A stretch of 64,000 bases of DNA from a bacterium (lineage in GTDB: Bacteria; UBA8248; JACPRG01; G963555815). The stretch is taken from NCBI GenBank assembly GCA_965218795.1, contig OZ244653.1, positions 384,001-448,000 of the forward strand. Reading direction: 5' to 3'. The notes beneath the pieces are model-generated. The model was given only the letters and a program-made list of their open reading frames with translations, had not been told where the DNA came from and did not search any database. Made by a program: the position numbers and the translations under genes. This document shows, in pieces, positions 29,833-41,031 of the stretch. Within the stretch, counting starts at the first letter, position 1; each line of letters opens with the position of its first letter.

Positions 29833-31407
29833 ATGCCTCGATCCAAGGGGCCGAAGGTTCCAACATCTGATTCGGCTTTCCTCGCAGCAGGGAACCCTCC
29901 CGGGCCGGGATGGCCGTTGTCTTTCAGCGCGGATCGCCTTCCGCCGGTGCTTGTCGTCGGAGACCTGATTCACGATCGAATGGTTTGGGGGGATGTCGAG
30001 CGGGTGTCCCCGGAGGCTCCGGTTCAAGTGTTGAAATGGGAGCGGGAGGCGGACGCGGCCGGCGGCGCGGCGAATGTGGCCATGAACCTGGCTTCCCTGG
30101 GCTGCCGGGTGCGTCTGGTTGGAGCTGTCGGTCAGGACTTCGCGGGCGAGCGACTGATCGAAACCCTCGAACGAAAAAGCGTGGATGTCTCGGGCGTCAT
30201 CACTGTCCCGGCCCGGCCCACCAGTCAAAAAATGAGGATCGTGGCGCGCGGTCAGCACATCCTGCGTATCGACCGCGAGGAGGCAGTCCCCTTTCGACCG
30301 GGCGATGAGCGCCGATTGGCGGGTTGTGTCAAGAGGCACGCGAGGGGCGCTTCCGGGATCATCTGTTCCGACTACGGGAAAGGAGTCTGTTTCGGTCCGG
30401 TTCTGGCCGCCGTCGCTGAATTATCGAAACGGCATCGGAGTCGTAAGGGAGCGGGAAACCGTCCGTACGTACTGGTAGACCCAAAAGGGCAGGACTTCAG
30501 CCGCTACCAGAAGGTCGATGTTCTCACGCCCAACGCGGAGGAGGTCGTGGAAGCGACGCGGGAGATGAAGAACGTGTCGCCGGGCGAGGTGGGAATGGAT
30601 TCGCGCGCGCGTCATCTGATCAAACGGACAGGCGTTCAAGCCCTCCTCGTGACAAAGGGGGCGGACGGAATGGATCTGTACGAAACAGAAAAAGGCGCCG
30701 TCCGGAAGACCCCAATCCCGGTTTTACAGACCCATGAGGTTTACGACGTAACCGGAGCGGACGATACCGTGACGGGGACCATGGGAATGGCGGCGTTCGG
30801 CGGTGTGCCGTTGGCGAAAGCCGCTGTGCTGGCCAATGCCGCGGCCGGGATCGTCGTGGGCATGGTCGGGACCGCAGTGATCGAGCCCGAGGCCCTGCTG
30901 CGCGCCACGGATGGCGGGTTTTCCCTCTCCGGACTGAAGATTCTCTCTCGTTCGACCTTGAAAGCGCGGGTGGAGGAGGCCAGGGCGCGGCGTGAGAAGG
31001 TCGTGTTCACCAATGGCTGCTTCGACCTGCTGCATATGGGTCATCTTCATCTGCTTCAGCGGGCGAGGGCCTTCGGAGATCTGCTGGTCGTGGGCATCAA
31101 CGACGACGCATCGGTCCGGAAACTCAAGGGACCGGGACGGCCCTTGATCGGACAAGACCAGCGGGCGGAGCTGCTCGCATCCCTCCGGTTTGCGGACTAC
31201 GTCACGACCTTCCCGGAGCCGACCCCTTTGCGGTTGCTCCGGGCCGTTCGGCCGGATGTCCTCGTCAAAGGAGGGGATTATTCGCTGGACCAGGTGGTTG
31301 GGAGGGATTGGGTCGAAAGCTACGGCGGTCGGGTCGAACGTGTGCCCCTGCTTCCCGGATTTTCTACGTCATCCCTGGTCGAAGCCATTCACGAAAGGGG
31401 GCGTTAA
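29833..31407 (+). CDS. hldE: bifunctional heptose 7-phosphate kinase / heptose 1-phosphate adenylyltransferase
   Basis: RVSPEAPV, GGAANVA, SDYGKG; C-terminal TNGCFDLLHMGH, KGGDY. Confidence 0.92.
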   Translation: MPRSKGPKVPTSDSAFLAAGNPPGPGWPLSFSADRLPPVLVVGDLIHDRMVWGDVERVSPEAPVQVLKWEREADAAGGAANVAMNLASLGCRVRLVGAVGQDFAGERLIETLERKSVDVSGVITVPARPTSQKMRIVARGQHILRIDREEAVPFRPGDERRLAGCVKRHARGASGIICSDYGKGVCFGPVLAAVAELSKRHRSRKGAGNRPYVLVDPKGQDFSRYQKVDVLTPNAEEVVEATREMKNVSPGEVGMDSRARHLIKRTGVQALLVTKGADGMDLYETEKGAVRKTPIPVLQTHEVYDVTGADDTVTGTMGMAAFGGVPLAKAAVLANAAAGIVVGMVGTAVIEPEALLRATDGGFSLSGLKILSRSTLKARVEEARARREKVVFTNGCFDLLHMGHLHLLQRARAFGDLLVVGINDDASVRKLKGPGRPLIGQDQRAELLASLRFADYVTTFPEPTPLRLLRAVRPDVLVKGGDYSLDQVVGRDWVESYGGRVERVPLLPGFSTSSLVEAIHERGR

Positions 31408-31414
31408 TTCATTC

Positions 31415-32383
31415 ATGGCGCACCGCCCACCCCACAAGGGACTCGATTTTTCCGCGGCCAAGACCTATCCGCTGAAGGCCCGGAAGAGCAAGGTCGATGC
31501 GGAGGCATTGGCCGACCCGGCCCTCTACCGGCCGGGAGAAGGAAATGTCGAACCGCTGATCCCCCCCATCCTGAAGGGAAAGGACATCAAGTCATTGGCG
31601 GACGCCTGGGCCTCCGCCGTAGAGCGCGGCCGGGCTGTCATCCTGGGCATGGGGGCGCACCCCATCAAAGTGGGTCTGAGCCGTCTGTTCATCGATCTCA
31701 TGGAGCGGAAAGCGATTCATGCGGTTGCGGCCGGTGGCGCCGTGGCGATTCACGACATGGAAATGGCCATGTACGGGAGCACGTCTGAAGAGGTGGCCGA
31801 AGGGTTGCCGAAAGGGGCTTTCGGAATGGCCGAAGAAACCGGGCGGGTTTACTGGGAAGCCGTAGCGCTCGCTGAAAAAGAAGGGTATGGGCTGGGACAG
31901 GCGGTGGGCTGTGTTGTTGCGGAAAGCGAGTTTCCCCAGCGCTCGTTGAGCGTCCTCTCCGCCGCGTATGCGATGGAGATACCGGCTACGCTTCATGTCG
32001 CGGTCGGCGCCGACATTGTTCACATGCATCCCGGCGCTCAGCAGGAGGAAGCCTCCGCCGCGCTGGGCCGTGCGATGATGCGGGATTTTCAGGTCTTCTC
32101 CGAAGCGGTCAAGGGGTTGGACGACGGCGGTGTGTATCTCAACCTCGGCTCGGCCGTCATCATGCCTGAGGTATTCCTGAAGGCGGTCAACATCGCGCGC
32201 AACCTGGAGGGGAAGTCCCACAAGATCGTAACGGCGAACCTGGACATGCTTCAGCATTATCGGCCGAGGGAAAACGTCGTCCGCAGACCTACGGCTCCAG
32301 GAGGGGCAGGTTACGAGATTACGGGCCATCATGAAATACTGTTCCCGCTTCTTTATGCGATGGTTCGGGACCGGCTGGGATGA
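31415..32383 (+). CDS. conserved hypothetical protein, deoxyhypusine-synthase-like fold
   Basis: GMGAHPIKVG, AIHDME, FGMAEETG, GSAVIMPEVFLKA, GHHEILFPL; follows hldE. Confidence 0.7.
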   Translation: MAHRPPHKGLDFSAAKTYPLKARKSKVDAEALADPALYRPGEGNVEPLIPPILKGKDIKSLADAWASAVERGRAVILGMGAHPIKVGLSRLFIDLMERKAIHAVAAGGAVAIHDMEMAMYGSTSEEVAEGLPKGAFGMAEETGRVYWEAVALAEKEGYGLGQAVGCVVAESEFPQRSLSVLSAAYAMEIPATLHVAVGADIVHMHPGAQQEEASAALGRAMMRDFQVFSEAVKGLDDGGVYLNLGSAVIMPEVFLKAVNIARNLEGKSHKIVTANLDMLQHYRPRENVVRRPTAPGGAGYEITGHHEILFPLLYAMVRDRLG

Positions 32384-32427
32384 GAGACGAGGCATCCGGG
32401 ACATTGGCGATAAGGAGGGCGTGAACG

Positions 32428-33192
32428 ATTCGGGTCGCGGTTTTGGGAAGCGGAAGCGGCGGTAACGCCATTTACATGGAATCCGATGGGCAGGCATTGC
32501 TCATCGATGCAGGATTCTCTCTAAGGCAAATGGAGCGGCGGTTGGATGAAATCGGAGGCGCTTTGCAGAGGGTGCGAGGAGTTTTGCTGACGCATGAGCA
32601 CGCCGATCACATAAAGGGTCTGTCTCGTCTGACGAAGCGTTACCCTGTTCCAGTCTACATGTCAGAGGGAACAGCGCGCGTCATCAGGGATGGATCTGCA
32701 GGTTGTCATATCTATTCCGAGTTCAAATGTTTCCCGATTTCCAGAAAGTTCCAATTGGGTTGTTGGACATTGTGTGCGTTCCACACCCCTCACGATGCGG
32801 AAGAGTCTGTTGGCTTTCTTGTCGAATCTGAAGGAATAAGGATTGGGATTGCAACGGACATGGGAGCCATCAATGAACAAGTTGTATCCTCTCTGTCAGG
32901 ACTCCATGCTCTCATCTTGGAGTCAAATCATGACCCGCAGTTGTTGGCTGTCAGTGCATATCCGGAATACTTGAAAGATCGAATTTCCGGTCCCCTGGGG
33001 CATCTTGCCAATGACCAGGCTGCCCGGATTTTGGAACGAGTTTCTCACCGTGGTCTCCGAGCGGTGACACTGGTACATCTCAGCGAGACCAATAACACTC
33101 CCGAGCTTGCTGCGAAGTCCGCGCGTTCCGTGCTCGCTCCATGGGGAACAAAAATCGAGATTGCTGCACAACACGACCCCAAGGTGCTCTGA
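32428..33192 (+). CDS. MBL-fold metallo-hydrolase (YycJ/WalJ-like); probable non-canonical start
   Basis: GSGSGGN, THEHADH, HDAEE, ESNHD, GHLAND, HLSETNN. Confidence 0.85.
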   Translation: MRVAVLGSGSGGNAIYMESDGQALLIDAGFSLRQMERRLDEIGGALQRVRGVLLTHEHADHIKGLSRLTKRYPVPVYMSEGTARVIRDGSAGCHIYSEFKCFPISRKFQLGCWTLCAFHTPHDAEESVGFLVESEGIRIGIATDMGAINEQVVSSLSGLHALILESNHDPQLLAVSAYPEYLKDRISGPLGHLANDQAARILERVSHRGLRAVTLVHLSETNNTPELAAKSARSVLAPWGTKIEIAAQHDPKVL

Positions 33193-33414
33193 TTGATCAG
33201 AAAATGAGGGTACTGAATCAATGAAACCGGTCGAAGGATCGCGATAGCAGAGCTACCCGACTTTCACTCGGTTGTGACTCCAAGAAGGCGCTGGAAACGA
33301 TTTTGACAGACCTGGATCGCCCGAATGTGGGATTGCGAGAGCAACAATGAATCTCCACCGAAGTGAGTCCTCATACATCCAACAGATTGAAAACAGCGGG
33401 TTTCGAGCTTGAGC

Positions 33415-33440
33415 GGATTCCTCGCTTCGTTCGGAATGAC
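33415..33440. repeat. REP-like element half copy
   Basis: GGATTCCTCGCTTCGTTCGGAATGAC resembles the widespread GTCATTCCGAGCGAAGCGAGGAATC intergenic repeat; single copy in window. Confidence 0.45.
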
Positions 33441-33575
33441 ACCGGGCAAGGTCCGGCCCAGTGGGTAAAACGTATCGTCGTCGGAGTTTCTCCCAATGAG
33501 CATCATTTGTATGGAGGGGCGGAGCTCTGTATCCGCCCGAATTGAACTTCTTCCAGATGGAAGGCGTCGAATTCG

Positions 33576-34886
33576 ATGATTCCCCGTTATTCCCGCCCTG
33601 AAATGGCCGCCATCTGGTCGGAGGAGACGAAGCTGGCCCATTGGCTGGAGATCGAATGCCTCGTCTGCGAGGCCATGGAGGAGTTGGGTCTCGTTCCCTC
33701 CGGCACGGGTGAATCCATCAGAAAGACCGTAGACGTTGACCCCACCCGCGTTGCCGAGATCGAGCGAAGCACGCGGCATGACGTGATCGCCTTTCTGACC
33801 CACATAGAAGAGCAGGCCGGAGAGCCAGCCCGACATCTCCATCTGGGGATGACCTCGAGCGACGTTCTCGACACGGCCCTGGCCCTTCAGATGGTTCAGG
33901 CGGCGCGGACTCTCCTGCAGGATATGGCTTCTCTCAAGGATGTCCTTCATCGGCGCGCATGGGAGTTCAAGGATCAGCTGATGATTGGCCGGACTCACGG
34001 GATGCATGCTGAGCCCACGACGTTCGGCCTGAAGCTGGCCCTGTGGTACGGCGAGTTCGCCCGGGCGGAAGAGCGGTTGACCCGGGCCATGGAGGGCGTC
34101 CGTTACGGGATGGTCTCAGGCGCAGTCGGGACGTATGCCCACCTTTCGCCGAAGGTGGAAGAATTCGTTTGTGAGCGGCTCGGATTGCGGCCGGTTCCTG
34201 CGTCCTCGCAAATCATCCATCGGGACCGCCACGCCGAGTATCTCTCGACGTTGGCGCTCACGGCGGCTTCAATTGCCAACGTAGCCATGGAGATCCGGAA
34301 CCTGTCGCGTTCGGAGGTGGGAGAAGTTGCGGAGGGGTTCGGTGAGTCCCAGAAGGGCTCTTCCGCCATGCCCCACAAGCGAAATCCCGTGACGTCGGAG
34401 CAATTGGTGGGCTTGGCAAGACTGGTCGGATCGAATGCCTCGGCGGCGCTCCAGAACATACCGCTCTGGCATGAAAGGGATATCAGTCATTCCTCGGTCG
34501 AGCGGGTGGTCCTGCCGGATTCAACGATTCTGGTCGATTACATGCTGGCAAAACTGACGGACTTGTTGGATCGTCTCGAGGTCTATCCGGAGGGCATGAA
34601 GAGAAATCTGGAGAGTACCCGGGATTTGTTTCACTCCGAACAGGTTTTGCTGGCCCTCATTCGCTCGGGAATCGGCCGGCAGGCGGCGTACGAAATGGTC
34701 CAGCGGTGCGCATTCCGGGCTCTGGAAGGAGGTGATTTCCGGGAGGCGCTCGCCTCCGATCCCGATGTGGCGGCGCGCCTGGATATGGAAACTTTGGATT
34801 GCTCTTTCAGCGTGGAACACCACCTGGCTCATGTCGACCACATATTCGAGAGGGTCTTCAGGCATCAGGAATCGAATGAGAGGTAA
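33576..34886 (+). CDS. purB: adenylosuccinate lyase
   Basis: MIPRYSRPEM, GRTHGMHAEP, GSSAMPHKRNP. Confidence 0.96.
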   Translation: MIPRYSRPEMAAIWSEETKLAHWLEIECLVCEAMEELGLVPSGTGESIRKTVDVDPTRVAEIERSTRHDVIAFLTHIEEQAGEPARHLHLGMTSSDVLDTALALQMVQAARTLLQDMASLKDVLHRRAWEFKDQLMIGRTHGMHAEPTTFGLKLALWYGEFARAEERLTRAMEGVRYGMVSGAVGTYAHLSPKVEEFVCERLGLRPVPASSQIIHRDRHAEYLSTLALTAASIANVAMEIRNLSRSEVGEVAEGFGESQKGSSAMPHKRNPVTSEQLVGLARLVGSNASAALQNIPLWHERDISHSSVERVVLPDSTILVDYMLAKLTDLLDRLEVYPEGMKRNLESTRDLFHSEQVLLALIRSGIGRQAAYEMVQRCAFRALEGGDFREALASDPDVAARLDMETLDCSFSVEHHLAHVDHIFERVFRHQESNER

Positions 34887-34894
34887 GGGAAACG

Positions 34895-35632
34895 GTGGAA
34901 AGACGAGAGAAGCTCTATGAGGGCAAGGCCAAGATTTTATACGCCACGGAGGATCCAACGCGCGTCATCCAGTATTTCAAGGATGACGCAACGGCGTTCA
35001 ATGCTGAGAAAAAAGGGACCATTATTGACAAAGGAGTCATGAACAATACGATCTCAACGCTTGCGTTTCAATATTTGGAATCGTGCGGCGTGGCCACCCA
35101 CTTTGTCGAAAATCTCAGTGATCGCGAAATGCTCGTCCAGCGCCTGAATATCGTTCCGCTGGAAATGGTCGCCCGCAACATTGTGGCCGGCAGTTTGGCC
35201 AAGCGAATGGGGTTGGAAGAAGGCGGCGAGTTGCCCAGCCCCGTCATCGAGTGGTACTACAAACGGGACGATCTGGGGGATCCTCTCCTGAACGAAGATC
35301 ATGTCGTGATTTTCGGACTGTCCGATGTCTCCACGCTCCACACCCTCCGGGAGACGACCCTCCGCGTGAATGGGCTTCTGAAGGAGTTCTTTCTCGCGCA
35401 GGAAATTCTCTTGGTCGATTTCAAGGTTGAGTATGGCAGAAATCGCGAAGGCGAAATCCTGCTGGCCGACGAGATCACGCCCGACGGCTGCCGATTCTGG
35501 GACCGAAAAACCCGTGAGAAGATGGACAAGGACCGCTTCCGCCGCGATCTCGGCGGTGTGGAAGAAGCCTACCGTGAGGTCATGACGCGTATCCAGGGCG
35601 CGTCTTCGGCCGGGGCGGGAGGCGAAGCGTGA
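34895..35632 (+). CDS. purC: SAICAR synthase
   Basis: LYEGKAK, FKDDATAFN, DFKVEYG, DEITPD, DKDRFR. Confidence 0.96.
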   Translation: MERREKLYEGKAKILYATEDPTRVIQYFKDDATAFNAEKKGTIIDKGVMNNTISTLAFQYLESCGVATHFVENLSDREMLVQRLNIVPLEMVARNIVAGSLAKRMGLEEGGELPSPVIEWYYKRDDLGDPLLNEDHVVIFGLSDVSTLHTLRETTLRVNGLLKEFFLAQEILLVDFKVEYGRNREGEILLADEITPDGCRFWDRKTREKMDKDRFRRDLGGVEEAYREVMTRIQGASSAGAGGEA

Positions 35633-35877
35633 TGACGAAGGCTCAGGTCTACGTGACCTATAAGGATGGGGTTCTGGAACCCCAGGGATTGGCGGTTCAG
35701 GGGGTTCTCTCCTCCCTCGGGTTCCACGAGGTCAAAAAGGTTCGGGTCGGAAAGTTCATTGAGGTCGAATTGGATTCCGCGGAAGACGTTGATCTTTTCC
35801 AGCGCCTCCAGGACATGTCCAGAAGGGTTTTTGCGAACCCGGTGATTGAGGATTTTCGAGTCGAGCTGTCCGAATAG
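35629..35877 (+). CDS. purS: FGAM synthase subunit PurS
   Basis: [20 protein letters not shown]. Confidence 0.93.
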   Translation: MMTKAQVYVTYKDGVLEPQGLAVQGVLSSLGFHEVKKVRVGKFIEVELDSAEDVDLFQRLQDMSRRVFANPVIEDFRVELSE

Positions 35878-35915
35878 GCTTTCGCCACGCACCACGAAGA
35901 GGTCAGGCCCGTTCA

Positions 35916-36611
35916 GTGAGAATTGGTGTCGTCACGTTTCCCGGTTCCAACTGCGATCACGACTGTTATCACGCCCTCAAGCATGTCCTGAATCAGGAAG
36001 CGCGATTCGTTTGGCATAAAGAGACGGACATCGAAGACCTGGATTGCGTCATCCTGCCGGGCGGATTCTCTTATGGTGACTACCTGCGCACGGGCGCGCT
36101 CGCCCGTTTCTCGCCCGTCATAGGCAGTGTGACCCGATTCGCCGCCGAAGGCGGAAGGATCCTAGGGATTTGCAACGGCTTTCAGATCCTTCTGGAGGCG
36201 GGTCTTCTTCCCGGAGCGATGGTCCGCAACCGGTCCCTTCGGTTTATCTGCGAGGATGTTCACATTCGAGTGGAAACGGAGGACACGCCCGTGAGCCGAG
36301 GGCTGGAAGGGCGAACGCTCAAGCTCCCCATCGCCCATACGGAAGGCAATTACTTCGCTCCTCCTGCTTTGCTCGAACGACTCGAGGCGGAGGGCCGAGT
36401 CGTATTCCGGTATTGTGACGCAAGAGGCAACGTGAGTCCCGAGGCGAATCCGAACGGCTCCACCGGCAATATTGCGGGCATTTGCAATGAAAACCGAAAC
36501 GTCGTGGGCATGATGCCCCATCCCGAGCGGGCCTGCGAGCCCGTTCTCGGAAGTGAGGACGGACGGGCGATTCTGGAATCCCTGGTCCACGAGTTCACGG
36601 CGAAGACATGA
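35916..36611 (+). CDS. purQ: FGAM synthase subunit PurQ
   Basis: [31 protein letters not shown]. Confidence 0.96.
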   Translation: MRIGVVTFPGSNCDHDCYHALKHVLNQEARFVWHKETDIEDLDCVILPGGFSYGDYLRTGALARFSPVIGSVTRFAAEGGRILGICNGFQILLEAGLLPGAMVRNRSLRFICEDVHIRVETEDTPVSRGLEGRTLKLPIAHTEGNYFAPPALLERLEAEGRVVFRYCDARGNVSPEANPNGSTGNIAGICNENRNVVGMMPHPERACEPVLGSEDGRAILESLVHEFTAKT

Positions 36612-38917
36612 GCGGGGAATCCGTCTCCTCGGGCGAGTCCGCGCCATCGGGATTTTCAGGCGAACCGGACGTCACGCCTGAACTCGCAGCCCGCCACGGC
36701 CTGAGTCCGGAAGAATTCGAGCACGCCCGGAGGGTCATCGGGCGACTTCCCACGTTCACCGAATTGGGTATCCTCTCCGCGTTGTGGAGCGAGCACTGCT
36801 CCTACAAATCCTCGAAGCCCCATCTGAAAAAGTTTCCCACCCAAAGTCCGCGGGTCTTGCAAGGTCCAGGAGAAAACGCCGGTATCGTCGAAATCGGCGA
36901 AGGCCTCGCCGCGGTATTCAAGATGGAAAGCCACAATCATCCGTCCTTCATTGAGCCCTGCCAGGGAGCCGCGACGGGCGTGGGTGGAATTTTGCGCGAC
37001 GTTTTCACGATGGGGGCGCGTCCGGTGGCGCTGTTGAACTCGCTCCGCTTCGGGGAGCTTTCCGAGGCGAGGAACCGTTACCTGCTGAAGGAGGTCGTGG
37101 CGGGTATTGCGGGTTACGGCAACAGTATCGGGGTGCCCACGGTGGGAGGGGAGATCGGCATCGATTCTTGCTACAACGGAAATTGCCTGGTGAATGCCTT
37201 CTGTCTGGGGGTCGCCAGGACGGATCGGATCTTTCGAGGGGTGGCGGGTGGCTCGGGGAATCCCGTCGTATACGTGGGCGCCCGCACGGGCCGGGATGGA
37301 ATCCACGGGGCCGCCATGGCATCCGAGTCCTTTGAGGAAGAATCCTCCGAGAAGCGGTCCGCTGTCCAGGTGGGCGACCCCTTCATGGAAAAGCTCCTGC
37401 TGGAGGCCTGTCTCGAGTTGATGGAAACGGACTCTATCGTGGCCATTCAGGACATGGGCGCGGCCGGTCTGACGAGCTCGTCGGCCGAGATGGCCTCACG
37501 CGGGAAGGTCGGCATCAAAATCGAGACGGCCCGCGTCCCCAGGCGTGAGGACCGGATGAACCCTTACGAGGTGATGTTGTCCGAATCCCAGGAGAGAATG
37601 CTGCTGATTCTCCGTCCCGAAGGGCTTTCAAAGGCCTCCGAAATTTTTGAGAAATGGGATCTGGAGTTTGCCGCGGTGGGGGAGGTGACAGAGAAGAATC
37701 GTCTGCAGGTGGTCGACAACGGCCTGTGCGTGGCCGACCTGCCGATTTCCTTGCTTGTGGATGAGGTTCCCCAGCCTGTCAGGTCGGTTACGCCGCCGAA
37801 GGCCTCGCGCTTCGCGCCCATCGGGTCGGACGGCAGGTCAACGCTCGGTCCGAACTTGAATCTTGATGAAGCATGGGCCGGCGTGCTGGCGCATCCGGAC
37901 ATCGCCTCGAAGCATCTGGTTTTTCGCCAGTATGACCATATGGTCCGGACCGATACCGTCCTGCGGCCGGGCGGGGACGCGGCCGTGATTCGCGTCAAAG
38001 GAACGGACAAGAGCTTGGCTTTGACCGTGGACGGCAATTCTCGATATTGCGCGCTGGACCCGAGGATGGGCGGCCGAATCGCGGTGATGGAGGCCGCGCG
38101 AAACCTCTCATGCGTCGGCGCGGAACCCATCGGACTGACGGACTGTCTGAACTTTGGCAACCCGGAGCGTCCGGAGGTGATGTGGCAGTTCGCCGAAGTC
38201 ATCGAGGGGATGAGTGAGGCATGCCGAAAGATTGGGGTTCCGGTGGTCAGCGGAAATGTCAGTTTTTACAACGAAACCGAAGGAGAGAACATCCATCCAA
38301 CTCCGACGGTTGGGATGGTGGGACTCGTGGAAAATGGTTCCAATATCTGCCCGACCGCCTTCCAGAGGGAAGGGGATTGGGTGGTGCTCCTGGGTGAGCC
38401 GGGTCGGTACGAAGGGGAATCCGCTCTCGGCGGAAGCGCTTATCTCTGGTACGCTCTGGGAAGGAAGCTGGGACCTTGCCCGGAGGTGAATCTCGACGCG
38501 GAGGCGGCCCTCCAGACTCTCTGCCGCCGTGCCGTGGCGGAAAGGTTGCTGTCGTCCTGCCACGACATTTCCGATGGCGGGTTAGCGGTGGCACTGGCCG
38601 AATCAGGATCGTTGGCGAACCCTCCGCTGGGGGCCCAAGTAGAGATCCCCTGGTCCGGAAACCCTGAGGCCATTCTCTTTGGTGAAGCCCAGGGGCGGGT
38701 GGTGGCCTCCATCCCGCGGGGGAACCTGTCCCTGTTGGTTGAGTTGGCCCGGGAAGTGGACGTTCCCGTACATCATCTGGGTCACGTTCAAAAGGAAAAC
38801 TTCACGGTTCGGTTCTCTTCGAGCCTCGGTAGGAAGGAGAATTTCTTGAACCCTTCGGTGGAAAATCTCCAGAGGGCTTGGCAGGAAGGGTTGGAAGCGG
38901 CTCTGAACCCTGATTGA
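36608..38917 (+). CDS. purL: FGAM synthase subunit PurL
   Basis: [35 protein letters not shown]. Confidence 0.96.
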   Translation: MSGESVSSGESAPSGFSGEPDVTPELAARHGLSPEEFEHARRVIGRLPTFTELGILSALWSEHCSYKSSKPHLKKFPTQSPRVLQGPGENAGIVEIGEGLAAVFKMESHNHPSFIEPCQGAATGVGGILRDVFTMGARPVALLNSLRFGELSEARNRYLLKEVVAGIAGYGNSIGVPTVGGEIGIDSCYNGNCLVNAFCLGVARTDRIFRGVAGGSGNPVVYVGARTGRDGIHGAAMASESFEEESSEKRSAVQVGDPFMEKLLLEACLELMETDSIVAIQDMGAAGLTSSSAEMASRGKVGIKIETARVPRREDRMNPYEVMLSESQERMLLILRPEGLSKASEIFEKWDLEFAAVGEVTEKNRLQVVDNGLCVADLPISLLVDEVPQPVRSVTPPKASRFAPIGSDGRSTLGPNLNLDEAWAGVLAHPDIASKHLVFRQYDHMVRTDTVLRPGGDAAVIRVKGTDKSLALTVDGNSRYCALDPRMGGRIAVMEAARNLSCVGAEPIGLTDCLNFGNPERPEVMWQFAEVIEGMSEACRKIGVPVVSGNVSFYNETEGENIHPTPTVGMVGLVENGSNICPTAFQREGDWVVLLGEPGRYEGESALGGSAYLWYALGRKLGPCPEVNLDAEAALQTLCRRAVAERLLSSCHDISDGGLAVALAESGSLANPPLGAQVEIPWSGNPEAILFGEAQGRVVASIPRGNLSLLVELAREVDVPVHHLGHVQKENFTVRFSSSLGRKENFLNPSVENLQRAWQEGLEAALNPD

Positions 38918-39191
38918 CTCCCGGCTTCCCCTGGCGGGAGGGGAACGGGATTCGCTTTTTCAAGAAGGTGTAGGGTGACCCTGTCGAATGAGCCCGCGGG
39001 GGCTGAAAATAAGTAATTGTTATCAATTGATTTAATTGGGGTTATCTCATTTTCGTGGGTGTCTCAGAATGGCAGCTGAGTCTTCTTGACTTGTCGGGGC
39101 CAGTAGCACCTATAATGGTCTCTCAAGGCGGGCAGTCCTTTGGTAAGCTGACCGTTCGGCTATCAAATGTTTGGCCTGCGGAATTGAATTC

Positions 39192-39518
39192 ATGAGTGTC
39201 GATTCCTATTACTCCGTTGGTACTGTCCAGGATTGGCTGGATTGAGACGCCGAACCGGACGAAATCATGGAGGCCATGTCCGACCGGGACTTCAAGGTAT
39301 CCGGCGCCGCGCAGCCCGCCGGCGTGCTGGTTCCGTATCATACGCATGAAAAGGAAGAATGGATTATCGTTTTGGAAGGCTGCTTGAAGCTTATCATCGA
39401 GGAAGAGCCCGTGATGTTGGAGGTGGGGGAAGTCATCACCATCTCGGCGGGAGCGGTTCATGGTGCTGTCGCCATCGGCGATGAGCCCGCAAAGGTTCTC
39501 ATTGCGTTCCCTAGTTAA
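39192..39518 (+). CDS. cupin domain protein with in-frame TGA at 39243-39245 (Sec or nonsense; short form starts 39267)
   Basis: P.H.H..EE and GAVH cupin motifs; the upstream in-frame segment [24 protein letters not shown] joins the ORF. Confidence 0.65.
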
Positions 39519-39559
39519 GGAGCGTCTCTACTCGTTGTTCTCCTGACCTGCTGTTTCGA

Positions 39560-41020
39560 ATGGCCGATCATTTCTGTGACGAATGCGGGGTTTTTGGGAT
39601 TCTGGGTGACCCGGAAGCCGCGCGAATTACCTATCTGGGTCTTTATTCCCTCCAGCACCGGGGTCAGGAGAGCACCGGAATTGTTGCGTCGGACGGCGGC
39701 GAGTTGCGCCTCGAAGTCGGCATGGGTTTGGTGGCCGACGTTTTTACAGAGGAACGCCTGAGCCGATTGCCGGGTGATCTGGCAGTCGGCCACAATCGGT
39801 ATTCCACGACGGGTTCAAGCGCCCTCGTGAACGCACAGCCACTTGTTGTGACCTACTCCAGGGGCGCATTAGCCGTTGCGCATAACGGTAACCTGGTCAA
39901 TGCCTCGGAGTTGCGGATCGAGCTGGAAGAAGAAGGCGCCATCTTTCGTTCGACCATGGACACCGAAGTAATCGTCCACTTGGTGGCCCGGTCTCGGCAA
40001 GAACGGCTGGAGGATCGCGTTATCGATGCGCTCTCCTCCGTGCGGGGAGCCTACTCCCTTCTCCTCATGACGGAACGTAAGCTTATCGGGGTTCGTGACC
40101 CGCACGGGCTTCGGCCCTTGTGGCTCGGACGCCGGAGCTCGTCGTTCGTCCTGGCCTCCGAGAGTTGTGCGCTGGATCTGGTGGAAGGGGAAGTCATCCG
40201 TGAGTTGGAGCCGGGTGAGATGGTCGTCATCGATGAGACCGGGTTACAGTCCCATTGGCCGTTTCAGCCGGTCGCGCCTACGCCGTGTGTGTTCGAGCTG
40301 GTTTACTTCGCGCGGCCGGACAGCCGGGTGTTCGGCCGGAACGTGTACCAGGTTCGAAAGGCCATGGGCGAACGATTGGCTGAGGAGCACCCGGCCGAGG
40401 CGGACCTCGTGATTCCCGTCCCGGACTCGGGCGTTCCCGCGGCCATGGGGTACGCGCACCGGGCGGGCCTGCCTTTCGAGCTTGGGTTGATTCGTAACCA
40501 CTACGTGGGCCGGACGTTCATTGAGCCGGCGCAGTCCATCCGCCACTTCGGAGTGAAGGTCAAGCTCAACCCGGTCAGCTATCTCTTGGAAGGCCGCCGG
40601 GTGGTGGTCGTGGATGATTCCATTGTCCGGGCCACGACGGCGAAAAAAATCGTACAGATGCTGCGCCAGGCCGGGGCGAAGGAGGTTCACGTCAGGGTGA
40701 GCTCACCGCCCATCACCCATTCGTGCTTTTATGGCATCGACACCCCGAGGCCTGAGGAGCTCATTGCGTCCTCCCATCCGGTGGACGGGATATGCCGTTT
40801 TCTGACGGCTGACTCGCTGGGCTACTTGAGTCTTGAGGGAATGCTGGAAACCGCGGGCGGGCAAATCTCGCCGGAATCAGGAGCCGGCGGCAAGAATCCC
40901 GATTCCGGATTCTGTTCGGCATGCTTTACGGGCGATTATCCTATCCCCATTCCAGACCGGCCGAAGAATCGGATCCGGCGGGGACTCGAGGCGACCGTCC
41001 ACGAAATTTCTCAAAGATAG
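39560..41020 (+). CDS. purF: amidophosphoribosyltransferase
   Basis: ECGVFG, LQHRGQE, GHNRYST, VDDSIVR, Fe-S Cys CSACF. Confidence 0.96.
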   Translation: MADHFCDECGVFGILGDPEAARITYLGLYSLQHRGQESTGIVASDGGELRLEVGMGLVADVFTEERLSRLPGDLAVGHNRYSTTGSSALVNAQPLVVTYSRGALAVAHNGNLVNASELRIELEEEGAIFRSTMDTEVIVHLVARSRQERLEDRVIDALSSVRGAYSLLLMTERKLIGVRDPHGLRPLWLGRRSSSFVLASESCALDLVEGEVIRELEPGEMVVIDETGLQSHWPFQPVAPTPCVFELVYFARPDSRVFGRNVYQVRKAMGERLAEEHPAEADLVIPVPDSGVPAAMGYAHRAGLPFELGLIRNHYVGRTFIEPAQSIRHFGVKVKLNPVSYLLEGRRVVVVDDSIVRATTAKKIVQMLRQAGAKEVHVRVSSPPITHSCFYGIDTPRPEELIASSHPVDGICRFLTADSLGYLSLEGMLETAGGQISPESGAGGKNPDSGFCSACFTGDYPIPIPDRPKNRIRRGLEATVHEISQR

Positions 41021-41031
41021 AGGGAGTACCC

